DNA of 64,000 nt. Origin: Callorhinchus milii (Eukaryota). Each line of letters starts with the position of its first letter. Positions within the stretch are counted from its first letter, which is position 1. The stretch covers positions 27,344,001 through 27,408,000 of the forward strand of contig NW_024704743.1 in NCBI RefSeq assembly GCF_018977255.1, read 5' to 3'. The translations under genes and the position numbers were made by a program. Below the pieces are notes generated by a model. That model had not been told where the DNA came from, did not search any database, and was given only the letters and a program-made list of their open reading frames with translations. Of the stretch, positions 13,528 through 25,694 are shown one piece after another.

Positions 13528-14596
13528 TACTATTCAAACATTACCTCTGATGAATTATCTTTTTAAAGCAATCAGCAAATTAACTAATTGTTTCATTAAG
13601 GACACTCTCTTTCATTTTTTAATAAAGAAGCTATCAATTTTAGACATGTTGCAGAATTTAACATAATCTGTCATTTCGCTTCTGTGTGCACTTTATTCAT
13701 CTATAAATTTCCCTGGATGCACTTCATAATAATGTGGTTTCACCAGGCAAAGGACATGTTTACAATACCACGGGCAGAGATTGGGGTGAAAAAAATGCTC
13801 TAGAATGTAACCACAGGATGGCCACCAGTAAAGCACCTTCCGACGTTTTTCTCTATGAAAATTCCTGCCACCAACATTTCACAAGCCTATGTAAAGGACA
13901 TGGAAATTCCTGGAGAAAACACCACTCGGATCAAGGGGATTTTACTGCGCCTACACGGTAGTTCCATGGCTTGATCTCTTTCTGGACCCAATGTCCTGTG
14001 TTCAATGAACTTAGACCAGAAATACCCAAAACTACAAAGCAGCATTTCTTTACAAATAGCTATTTTAGTAAGTAATAGTAGAGATCTTTATAGAACTTAA
14101 CTACAAAAACGGAAAACTGTTAATAAGGGACAGATGCTTTTATACTAGGCACATTAATAAATCATGAGCAATGAAGTTATATGGAAATTACAATTAGTGT
14201 TATGGGAGGCTTAGAGAACATCAGATTGCACTGCTCTTAATCACTTGCCTTTTCTGTACAGGATAGAGCGAGTACAAAACATCCATTGAATGAAAAGTTA
14301 AAACGAGATCCCATCTGCCAATTCAGATGGATATTAAAGTTCCCATGGCACTATTTGAAAAAATAATAATAATACTTCTTGCATTTAATTTAGATGTTGT
14401 CACGTCATCGAGACATCTCAAAGATCTTCAAGAGAAGGGAGTTTCACCTTAATCCCAGGCCACTGATCCCCCGGTTTGTAGAATATTGTTGTGCGCAAAT
14501 TAATTGTTTCATTCACCTACAAATATAAAGTCACTATACTTTAGAAAAAAAACTTTGTGAAGCACTTTGAAATATTTTCATATTAAAGGTGCTATA

Positions 14597-16120
14597 ACAT
14601 GCCTGTTTACCAAGCAGTAAGTAGGAATTCGGTTGTTAGTTGATTGACAGATCACTTTTCTGGGGGTAATAATTCCTCCACAATAAATGTTAAAAATAAT
14701 TTGGTCACTCAATCTACGACTGTTTGTGGGATACTTTATCTGTGACCAGAGCGCCATCTGCCTCCTTGTCCTCCTGGACCTCTCCACAGTTTTTGACACA
14801 GTTGATCATACCATCCTCCTCCAACTCCTTTCCTCCGTCATCCACCTCAGAGGGACCACACTTGCCTGGTTCGAGTCCTACTTCACGAATCTTCAGCAGT
14901 ACAGCTCCACAAATGGCTTTTCCTCCCGCTCTCATCTGTGGGGTACCTCAAGGATCCATCCTTGGCCCCTCCTCTTTCTGAACTACATGCTCCCTCTTGG
15001 CGATGTCATACGCAGACATGGGGTAGCACTTCCACGTGTACACGGACGACATCCAACTCTATTTTTACACATCACTTTGTGACTCCCAGTCCCCTGATGT
15101 TCTGTCAGCCTGCCTGTCAGATATCAGGAGCTTAATGAACGCAAATTTCCTTCAGCTAAATGTTGACAAGACGGAAGCCATATTCCTTGGCACTTGTCAA
15201 TGTCTTAAATCACACGGTTTTCACCTCCTCCGCCTATCTGACCTCACCCTAAAACTCTCCGACCCGTAAGCAATCTAGACGTCAGGTTCGACCCCCGATT
15301 ATCCTTCCTCCCCCACATCCAGTCCCTCACCAGCACCGCCTTCTTCCACCTCCGACGTATCGCCCATCTCCACCAATACCTCTCCTCAAACGCCGCTGAA
15401 ACCCTGGTCCACGCCTTTGTCACCTCTCGGTGGACTATTCAAATGCCCTCCTTGCCAATCTCCCATCCACTACCATCCATAAAGTCAAGGTCATCCAGAA
15501 TTCTGCCACTCGCATTCTTACACGCACCAAACTCCGGCCCCCAATTACCCCAGTCCTTGCCAGACTGCACTGGCTGCCTGTCCCAGAGAGGATTGATTTC
15601 AAGATCCTCACTCTTGTCTTCAAATCCCTCCACTCCTCTGCAACCCCTACCTCTCTGACCTCCTCTCTCCTCACAACAGTACCCGTTGCCTTCACTCCAC
15701 CAGGTCTGGGCTCCTCATCCCCTGAATCCTCCGCTCCACCATCGGCGGCCATGCCTTCAGCCACTACACCCTGAGGCTCTGGAACTCCCTTCCTCACTCC
15801 CTTCACCTCGTCCCCTCTCTTCCTATTTTCAGGTCTCGGCTAAAGACCTTTCTTTTTGACCACGCCTTTGGTCACCTTCCTCCGCCTCCCCTTGGCTCGG
15901 CCCCGGGATCCATTATTGTGAAGTGCTCTGAGACGCCGTCCGGCGTGGAGGGGCTATATAAATCCAAGTTGTTTGTTTTGTTGTACCGCTGTGCGAATTG
16001 GCTCCCAAGTTTGGCCCACAAATATACAGTCAATTCTCTTTATAGTATATTCTGTGAAGTGCTTTGAGACATGTCGAAGATGTAATCAGGCACTATACGA
16101 AATGCAAAGATTATTATTGT
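14597..16120 (+). mobile_element. CORE-like SINE (14597-14734 plus 15984-16120) split by an L2 insertion
   Basis: SINE sequence stops at ctgtttgtgggatac and resumes at taccgctgtgcgaattgg after the L2 tail. Confidence 0.8.
14735..15983 (+). mobile_element. 5'-truncated L2 LINE; frameshifted reverse-transcriptase ORF2 plus 3' UTR
   Basis: LVLLDLSTVFDTVDH, GVPQGSILGP, YTDDIQLY, LQLNVDKTE and LHWLPVPERIDFKIL spread over several frames; (gttt)-type tail. Confidence 0.93.
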
Positions 16121-16410
16121 ATCAAATGCACACATAATCATTTAACCTGAACATGCTTGAGGCTGATTTGGGGAATTTTTTTCATTACGGAGCATTGTTA
16201 TCTCTGAACTGAACCACCAGACTGTTGCCTTTACGTGTACTTTTGTTTAAATAGAAAGAGCTGATGACATCAGAGGAACTTACTTAGAGGATATAATGAG
16301 TTTAGCAGTGTCAGAACTGAATTAATCTGCAAATTGTAAATAGTAAAATCAATGAATTTTCCAGAGTGAATTACTGTAAAACTAGCTATCAATCTAAGTT
16401 CCTCAAGTAT

Positions 16411-16835
16411 TTGGTAGCAATCTCACCTCTGAATCAGAGGGCTGTGGCTGTTCAAGCACTATATCGGGACTTGGAATCACATAGTCTAAGATGACACTCC
16501 GATGCAGTATTTTGTATTGAAAGAGGTGCTGTTCTTCACATGAAAGTTTGACCTGAGGTCCCGTCTGCCTCTTCAGGTGGACCTTAAAGATCCCAAGGCA
16601 CTATTTGAAAAGAGAAGGGAGTTTCTCCCGGCTTCCTGGCTAAGAAATCCCCCAAATAAAATGAGTTACTCACTCCATGGCTGTTTATGGGACACTGCGG
16701 TGCTCAAACTATCTGCTGTGTTTTGCCCGCAAACACATAGCTAAAACCGACATATCCTGTGAAGCCTTTGTGACATTTTGGTGAAATGATAAGGTGCTAG
16801 ATCAAATGGAAGGATTATTATTATTTTTATTATTA
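16411..16835 (+). mobile_element. Deu-domain SINE, near full length
   Basis: ttggtagcaatctcacctctgaatcag head; gaggtcccgtctgcctcttcaggtggaccttaaagatcccaaggcactatttg core; aaggattatt tail. Confidence 0.85.
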
Positions 16836-17557
16836 CCATCAAGTGTCATATTCAATATGTCAACCAAGGCATTCTCTGCAACACTTCACCTCTCACAAAT
16901 ATTTTTCTAAAGAATCGAGTACAAAATGCTAACGAGATGTCAAAATTAATCATAATATCTGAGGGGACACCCTGGCTGGTATGTGGATGCTCAGGAATTT
17001 CTGAAACTTTGCACCTTCAACTGGAGTTAACGTTTGATACACTATAGTGTGTATCCTGCCTGTGATCTGCAGGATGGTGGTAATGTACGTTGTGTTGCTC
17101 ACCAATCTGCTCCAGTTATCCATCCAGTAGAAGCTCAAACCCATGGATTTATGTGGTAAACTGCACTGTTTTAGCTGGTTCAAATCCAGCAGAATGCACA
17201 CTTTAATGCATCTATATCTTGGATTCTGGCAATAGACATCTGTATTCTCTAAATGTAGGCAAATTGGTGAATTTTCAATTCCCTCTTCCCCACCCCATTC
17301 TGCAGAGAAAGATTCCTCACTTCAGAACCAGCAAATAGAAAATGTGTTTCTGTGAACCAAGATAGTGGATATGTGGAACAAAATCCTCAAAAAACCAATA
17401 GCTGCTGGTTAAGTTGTTCAAAAGAAATTTCATAAGTAGCTCATCAATTATATGTTTAAATGTAGACGGTGAAAAGCAAGCCTCTGCGGGAAATTATTGC
17501 TTTTGTATTGCTGGGCTAGAGGAAAGGGGGCTGTTGTTTGTGCAAAGTATTGAATAG

Positions 17558-17965
17558 CCCTCCAGTCTCAATATTGATTTCAATGATTTCAGACTATAAC
17601 ACCTCAACTTCAACCTCTGTCCTCTACCCCATTTTCTCCTTTGTCTTCCTTGCTCTGCCTCCCCACTCTCTGTTAACCCTTAAAACCACTCCTCCCCAAC
17701 ATGCTCCAGTTCTGATGAAGGGTTATGGACCCGGCACGTTGACTCACTCTCCTTTCTCATAATTTAGATAATTATTTGGGGAGGACAAGTTTGCAGGGCT
17801 ATGGGGAGAGAGTAGGAGAATGGAATTGATTTGGATAGCTCTTTTCAAAGAGTCAGCACAGACACGATGGGCCGAATGGTCTTATTCTGTACTGTATAAT
17901 TCTATGATTCTCCACAGATGCTGCCTGACCTGCTGATTGTTCTTAGCGACCAGTTTTTGATTTGA
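17558..17965 (+). mobile_element. Penelope-like element 3' end/terminal repeat, interrupted by a CR1 tail (17759-17907)
   Basis: ORF end PSSLNIDFNDFRL* (PxGLN-like), hammerhead-like CTGATGA at 17712, then ccacagatgctgcctgacctgctga; homologous to 25520-25694. Confidence 0.7.
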
Positions 17966-18239
17966 ATAATGGTGTTTGGGGAATGGATAATCTTGAATTC
18001 ACAAAGATTTACAAAAAATGAACAGGGTAGAATCGGGCTACTTGGCCTAACCAGTCTATATCAGTGTTTATCTTCCAAGGAGGCATCACCCATTCCTTAT
18101 TCCTTCCGATACTCTTCTATCCCTGTCTCCCTCACATGAATGCCTCTACACTGTCTGATTCACTGTGCGATTCAACCAACAAGTTCTACAATCTCACTAT
18201 CCTTTGATGAAATAGTTACTCCTACACCAACAAATTACA

Positions 18240-18450
18240 TTGGGGGTAGTAATCTCAATTTTTTAAAAATTGGTCACTCAATCCACGACTGTTTGTGGGA
18301 CACTGCTGTGAAGAATTGGCTGCTGCATTTAACTCACAAAATATACAGTCAACTCACTTTATAGTATATTCTCTGAAGCACTTTGAAACGTCTCAATGAC
18401 GTGAAAAGGTGCTATATCAAATGCAAGGAATATCATTATTGTTATTGTTA
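18240..18450 (+). mobile_element. SINE 3' half
   Basis: ttggtcactcaatccacgactgtttgtgggacactgctgtg...gctatatcaaatgcaagg. Confidence 0.85.
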
Positions 18451-18713
18451 GAAACTTTAAGTGTTGCAATGGAACACATGATAAGCATGGTCTACTCACA
18501 AAGTGAAGTTTCATGGGCTAGATGCTTTTTCTCATTCCATTCTTTCTTATGTTGCTCTGTACCTCACCGATATGATTTTTTTCAATTCCTGTGCTAGCCA
18601 TCCTTGTGATTTCTCTGTGTAATAATGATAAATTAGTATCAAACAATGCAGAATTAAAGGAAGTTTTGCCTTCTGTACTTTTGCCCTTAGTGTATTAATG
18701 TTATTCTACTCAC

Positions 18714-18757
18714 ATGTTTGACCTTGGTTCTTCCATCCACGGAATCTGCTTCTTCGA
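18714..18757 (-). other. Candidate 44-nt spliced exon of an unidentified gene
   Basis: Minus strand ttttcatttttcactcttaacag|TCGAAG...AAACAT|gtgagt; all three frames open (e.g. xEEADSVDGRTKVKH); flanks lack recognisable repeats. Confidence 0.4.
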
Positions 18758-20659
18758 CTGTTAAGAGTGAAAAATGAAAATCGAGGGGTGAACGTTTATA
18801 TTGCATATTACTCAAATTGATTTTAACTACTAAATTTACATAACTCAAAAATCAGTGTTGCATAGGAAATCCAATTATTGACATGGTAACCAACTGCTAA
18901 ATTAGGAGGTTGCCAAGTTATTGATGTTTTGTAAATTTCTTAGCACTCTTCATACAGATCATCCTTATGAATCAGAGGATGGAAGATTGAATCCCTGTTC
19001 ACATTGTTTGAAACCTTGGAATGAAAATTGCATTGTCGCACATAATTATCACAGCGAATGCATTATGAAATGCCACAAAAGTTACCACCTTAGTTAGTGT
19101 TGAAAAGTGTAAAAAATGTCCCTAAAATTAGTTTTATTTTGCTTCCACCTGATGAGTGTAAGTATCACTCCACTACACATGTTTACTAAGGTCTCTGAAA
19201 TATCAGATTTCTATCCTTTTTGATAGTGTCAAGTTGATTTAAAATACTTTTTTTCAGCAATAACAATGGTGAAACAGTTTGGGATGCTGAATATGTTCAA
19301 CTATGATAATTAAAAGTTTTCTCTAAGGACAAACTCTTTCAGCCTTTAATTAATGATGCATTGACCTTAAAACATGTGTTATTGGATTTTAAAAATAAAT
19401 TCTGCTTTCTCAATTGTGCTTGCAGATTCAAGAGATCATAAAATTCAATATTCCCTTTACATTTTCAAGTTAAATGGAACTTAACCCCACTGGTGAAACT
19501 CATATTAATCTATGTAATTATTATGAATGGGTGGCGTTTTTTTGTATTTTTATATACCTCTAGTCAAAGCACTCCATTTACTTGTTTAGATCACTTGCCA
19601 TGCTATATTTTTGCTTGCAGGGTTGTATGAATAAATAATGTCAACATCAGGGATTGTTATCTGAAGTTTCAGCTTCAACCCTGAATGATCGAAAGTTCAA
19701 CTCTGATTTCAACTCAAGTCTTTTAAATTGGGTTGTCTCTTCAAATTTCAAATCCATATAATTAGAAACTCTGGAGGCAATTCTCTGATTGCTGGTTACT
19801 TTCCTAACCTTGGAGGTGTGAGCCCATAATAGCATTTCCCTATTATAAGATCACAATGCCAAGGTTAATAAATGTATCAACAGTAGCACCAGAACAGAGA
19901 AATTATAGCATGAAAGGAGACATTTCAGCCCATCAACCCAATGTTGGTGCTGGCACCCCCACTATACTTTAATGATTTGTTCTTTTCCCATACCCTACTG
20001 ATTCATTTATAGAATCAGTGAAGAATAAAATAGGTTTTACTGAAAGTATTTTTTACCCACCCCCTTCAACAATTAACGATTTCATCTCAGATTAAAATGC
20101 TGGATGTTGGTTATTTGCATTCACAGTTCATATGCAAATTCTGAAACTGTAAAGTATTTTTTGACTGAGTGAGATGTGATGCAACACAGGACATGAGAGC
20201 CTGGGAGAGTGTGATTTGTGAGCATGCAGGTTATCATGTGGGAGAGGCATGTAAGGGACCATTCTTCTTGCAGTAGTTGAGTGAGAGGTTGTGTGTGTGT
20301 TGGGGTGGTGTTGGAAGTTGGGGGTCTGTCTGCTCTAAGTGTTCAAAAAACTCTAACTGCACACAAAGATGTCAATAATTCAGCTCAATACAGAATTGCT
20401 TGGACTTACAAACCATTCTTTGACCAGGAGCCTACTATGACAGAACCCTCATAATTACTTTATATACCTTATTCTTCAAAAAATTACAGAAAAATAAATA
20501 ATAATCCTTGCATTTGTTAAAGCGCTTCATTACGTCTTCGAGACATCTTAAAGTGCTTCACAGCATATACTGTAAAATGAATTGACTGTATATTTTGTGG
20601 TTAAAAAAATTATGGCTCTCTGAGTTAGCATATAATTGTTTGATCAATGGGATCTGTGA

Positions 20660-21240
20660 TTATTAATAATAATCTTTGCATTTGGTTTTGTGCCCATCAC
20701 ATCAGGAGGACATCCCAAAACATTTCACAGAATTTACTATGAAGTGTAGTGACTGTTTATTTGTTGGCAAATGCGGCCGCCCAATTGCGCAGAGCAATGT
20801 CCCGGAAACAACCAGTGACCATTTTTACTTGGGGGCATCATTGACAAGGATACCCTCACAGAACTCCTTTCTCTTTTCAAAAAGAACCATTTTTAGTGTC
20901 CATCTGAGCTGGCAGACAGCTTAATCTCTCATTCAAAGGATAAGAACATAAGAACATTAGAATTAGGAGCAGGAGTAGGCCATTCGGCCCCTCGAGCCTG
21001 CCCCGCCATTCGATAAGATCATGGCTGATCTTCAGACCTAACTCTAATTACCTGCCCTATCCCCACATCCCCTAATGCCTCTATTTTTAAAAAATCTATC
21101 AGTCTCAGCCTTGAAGGCACCTGAGACAATACAAGACACTCCTAACACATAAGTGTCAGCTTAGACTATGTGAGTTCAAGTGCTGATGTGAAGCTTGAAC
21201 CCGTAACTTTATGACCCAGAGTGCTACTGCTGAACCAAGT
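20660..21240 (-). mobile_element. Deu-domain SINE interrupted by a CR1 3' end (about 20941-21113, minus strand)
   Basis: (taagaaca)n aggagcaggagtaggccattcggcccctcgagcc CR1 tail lies inside the reverse-oriented SINE. Confidence 0.75.
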
Positions 21241-21809
21241 GTTTGAACGACTGAGACAGGTTTCCTCTTTGACCCGGTTGGATAGTCTCTGTCCAGTAAC
21301 AAGTGGGATTAAGCCAAGAACAAATTCTGATCTTTATTTGACAAGAAAAAGAGAGAAAGAACTGGTGGGACTTGTGGCTCTTTAATATTGTTAAACATTA
21401 ACTGGTAAGTGGGCTCGGATTTAATGGCACATATTAAGCATGTGCTTAGCTTCTCTTTGGTTCTACTGAATGATGCAGTGAGAATGATGCAGAGCAATCA
21501 GTATAGCTCCAGGCTGTTAGTTCACATTAGCGACTGTAGGCACCATTTCAAACTAGTGCCTGTAATATAGCGACAATACAAAAAAAAGGAAAGAAATCCT
21601 ATTGTTTTAAAGGTAATCCACACAGGGAAACACATAACCTCTGACACATTAAGAAATGCTACACTCAAATCAAAAAGGCTGCAGTAGAAAACTTGATCGT
21701 GTCAATTTAATAACTTCCATCTTTTCCATCTTTGCCCTGACTGAAAAGTCATGTCACCTTCTTAAAATAAAATTTACAAAAGTTTAAATTATTAATAACA
21801 AAATTATCC

Positions 21810-22130
21810 CTGAATTTGAGTATGTAGTTCCTTACCACATTGTTAAAATGTCTCAAAGCGTTTCATAGGATATTATGAAGTGAGTATGTATTTTGTAAGC
21901 AAATTAAACTGACAATTTGTACACAGCAATGTCCCACAAACAGTTGTAAAGTGCACCATCATTTTTTGTCTGGGGTATTATTGTTGGTCAGAACATTGGG
22001 CGAAACTCCTTTCTCTTTACGAATAGTGCCATGGGATATTTAATGCCCACCAGAACAGGCGCAGATGATGCCTCCAGCAATTCAGGTGCTATCTATGGCA
22101 CTGCACTGGAGCATCAATCTAGACAGTAAA
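21810..22130 (-). mobile_element. Deu-domain SINE, decayed
   Basis: gaatagtgccatgggatatttaatgcccaccagaacaggc is the reverse complement of the Deu core. Confidence 0.7.
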
Positions 22131-22692
22131 TTCAAAATTGTTTCTGAAGATTCCTTGAGTGAGAAAAGGCATTTATCATTCTGTTCAGCTGCTTGCCCCA
22201 AAAGCTAAAATAAAGAAAATTTGTAGCAATTTATTCAAAAAGGGTATGTGTGAACCAGAACAGAACTAACATGTATAACCGTATCCATGCTGCATTACCA
22301 GTATTACTGTTGTTAAAAATAGCCAACGATCCAGAAAGCTGATATCTGATGACATTCAGTTATGTCTGTCAAGTAAATCTGAAACTGCATGGTCAGTGCT
22401 CAAGGTAGCAATTTAAAACCTATGCAAGGCTAATAAGGTAAGGGGATATTTTTGGATAATCAAGGTCGGTTGTTGAACTCTCGATTGTTAAATAAATAAT
22501 AAATCAAATCATTAAAACAGTCTTGCTTGAAAATCAATAGGAGCAATTCAATAATACGGTACTTGAATTTTCTACAGCACCTTTTCACATTGAAATAATA
22601 ATAACGAAATGGGTTAAAAGGCTTCACACACTGAATTGCTTGAAGAGTACAGCAATAATAACTTGAATGCATACAGCATCAATCGCATAAAG

Positions 22693-23119
22693 CAGGATGG
22701 TACAACCTTTTGGCTACCGAGGGCTGGATGCCCTATTTGAGAAAGGTTCGTGGGCTGCGTTTGCAATATTTTTGTGTTTCCCTTCTAGAAGCACAAGCAA
22801 CATTTACATAGCGCCTTTTTCACATTAGAAGGTCATCTCAAAGTACTCAACACTGAGAGTGAGGCACTTGAGCTTGGGGTGGGAGCCCACTTGCTTGTCA
22901 GGGTGCCCTTCCCTCAGCTCAGAAGGGGCTTGCTAACAGACTGCAACAACGGCTGGCATTATCTCCACTCTCCGTGCTGCATCCTCCCGGCTCCCTGCGC
23001 TGCTGTGAAAGGACAGTTCGTCGGGGGGGGGAGAAAAGGAAGTTGGAAATGGTCTCACGCCAGATAAAATCATCCGTCAGGCCTGGTGCGGCCCGTGGGC
23101 CGCCTGTTGGACCACCCTG
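22693..23119. mobile_element. Non-autonomous hAT-superfamily DNA transposon (MITE-like)
   Basis: Terminal inverted repeats CAGGATGGTACAAC / GTTGGACCACCCTG (12/14 match); 8-bp TSD gcataaag / acataaag; subterminal ggcccgtgggccg motif. Confidence 0.8.
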
Positions 23120-25519
23120 ACATAAAGCAACATCCGAAGAGGAAGGGCATAGGTCAAGAAATGGAGTTTGAATGTGTATGGGTAAAGTGGTTAAAAAGAC
23201 AGTTTAGGAGAACCTTGAAAGCCGAGAGAGCCAGACTGTAGTGATTACTCTTACATAGACAAAAAATATGCTTAATCTGCACAAGGAATAGCTCACAAAT
23301 AGCAGTGAATAATTATGTTTAAACCTTGCCAGCTCTGGTGAACCTTAGACTCAGCTTGGCTTGAGCAATTTGTAGCATTCTTGTTTCTGGGTATTTTACG
23401 TGTTTTCAAAGTCCACATTAGATCTTGAGCTCACAGACGAGGTTAACACTGCAATAATAATGATGCTTGCATTTGTCAACGTGCTTCACAGGGAATTGCT
23501 ATGAAATATAGTGACTGCTATATTGGTGAATTCCAAAGAAAGAACAAAATTCAATCTTTGTACAATTTTCTTACATGTTAAACAGAAAAAAGTTAGCCAC
23601 TTTGAAAAAAATTGCACTTTGCTTTTTCCTTATAATAAAGCAGTTCATATCTGACTGAAATCTGAGAAAAAGGCACACTATAATCTGGGACTTTCCTCAG
23701 ACTTCATGTAGCATCCACAGCCAACAGTTTGGGAGGGTAATGACAGCTTATTGAAGTGCCATTAAATCGAGCACTGTTCTTGTTTTCATACACAGGGGTC
23801 TACTTGGTTCCAATTACATCGGAATCAGTAAGCAGGGAGAAATTTAAAGGGAGAAATAGGTAGGAATCACCTAAACAGGATGAACGCCTTGCAATCACTG
23901 ACTGACTGTGAACAAACCACAGCCTGATTCTTTTAAACAGATGCTAATGACTCCAATAAACATCTGGGAAAGTATACAATAAACATGTTGTTGTTGGTTT
24001 GGATTTTTTTTAAACCAAGGTCATTCAAAAAAGCATTCATTCCCTTAAGAGATCTGACCTGCATTCATTTATATGTAATTCTTCAATTTGTTTTACCTCC
24101 ATAGTAATCTCCTTGTGCGCAAACCCTTGAATCCACGTGAGTGGATGGATGTCAATGCTGTTATACTAGCAGCTGAAAATGCAAAGCTGAAGTACATCTT
24201 GAAGCATCACTTGTGATATTTTCCTCCCCTGTGGTCAGCTTGGTGGACACCTCATTTCTGTTTAGTGGTGTGTTAGACAGCCTTGGTAAGAGCAGCAACT
24301 CGCTACCTATAAGAATAATAATCCTTGCATTTGATATAGTGCCTTATCACATCTTCGAGACGTCTCAAATTGCTTCACTGTAAAGTGAATTGATTGTATA
24401 TTTTGTGGCCGAAATTAAAACACCGAATGTGAATGCTATCCTGAAATTGAATTCCAGGTACTTCATTCAGGTTATGCTCCAATGCCCCTACATATTATGT
24501 TTTGGGGTGACTGTGGCTTGATATTCTGTGCTCTGTATAGGAAAAGTGCAGTTGGTTGTTAGTAATTTGAGGAGTGAATTGACAGGTTAAGTAAATTCAC
24601 ATGACAAATTTCTGTGGGCAGTTGATTGGAGTCCTGTAGATTAGTGGTGAAAGCACTTGCCTTGCAAGTGAGAGGACCTGGGTTACATTCCCGGGCAGGG
24701 CAAAACCTTCAGTAAGTTACCTTACTCCAATATATCTACATCAATATGCTATGCTGTGTGTTTTCTCTTTCTACCTCTCAAATGTTGACTACTCATTTGT
24801 GTGCCCATTTGTCTGATCGACTCAATGCATTCTAATTACTGTATCTACTGCATAATGGAATTTCAACCCCTATATGTATGAAAAATGTGATATGTGATGT
24901 GTTAAACAGTACTCTGTATAATTATCACCAGTGGTAATTACCTCATCCCCCCAAAAAAAGTACTGGTCAAACCAGGTCAATAATTATGAAATGCTCCACA
25001 TCCCCCACCCATCATTAGTGAGCAAGCTTTAGGCATGTTGCCCTGTTCTCTGGACCACTACGTAGTAGTATCTTTGCCTTGCCCCAGCCTTAAACCTTGA
25101 ACGCAATCATCACTTTTCACAGTGGTTTTGGCTGAAACCAGTCAGGTGCCGTTGGTCACCATTGTGGTTCATGGCAGAGGATTATAACATTTGAGTGTCA
25201 CTTTAATGGGATATTTGTCTAACTCAGCTTGAGTTAAGCCATTTGATGAATCAGAATGCTGCTGCTATCTAATGTATACATTTCAGGAGAGCCATATTAT
25301 TGTACTTGTATTATTTCTTCCTAATATTTTGCCTGCGGCTTCCTGTTGTTGCTAGGAGGTTACACCTGAGAAATCCAGTGCTTTCAACTGCTCATATTCA
25401 TGCCCCAAATATTGCACTTTATCCAGCAACAGAGTGAACAGTTGACAAGCAACAACTGCCTGGTTGATGGTGAGTTCAAAGAACAGCCAAAGGTGGAATT
25501 CAAACTTACAATCCCTTGG

Positions 25520-25694
25520 TTTAAACAAAATGCAAAATACTGCAGATGCTGGAAATCTGAAACAAAAACAGAAGTCGCTGGGAACTCTCAGCAGGTCAGG
25601 TAGCATCTATGGAGAAAGGAAAGTGAGTCAAGGTTTCAGGTCCACAACCCTTCATTAGTTCTGCTGATTTCCCAGCAACTTCTGTTTTTGTTTC
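25520..25694 (-). mobile_element. Penelope-like terminal-repeat fragment with inverted arms and a 12-bp TSD
   Basis: acaatcccttgg at 25508-25519 and 25695-25706; inverted arms at 25559-25594 and 25661-25694; hammerhead-like motif on the minus strand. Confidence 0.75.
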
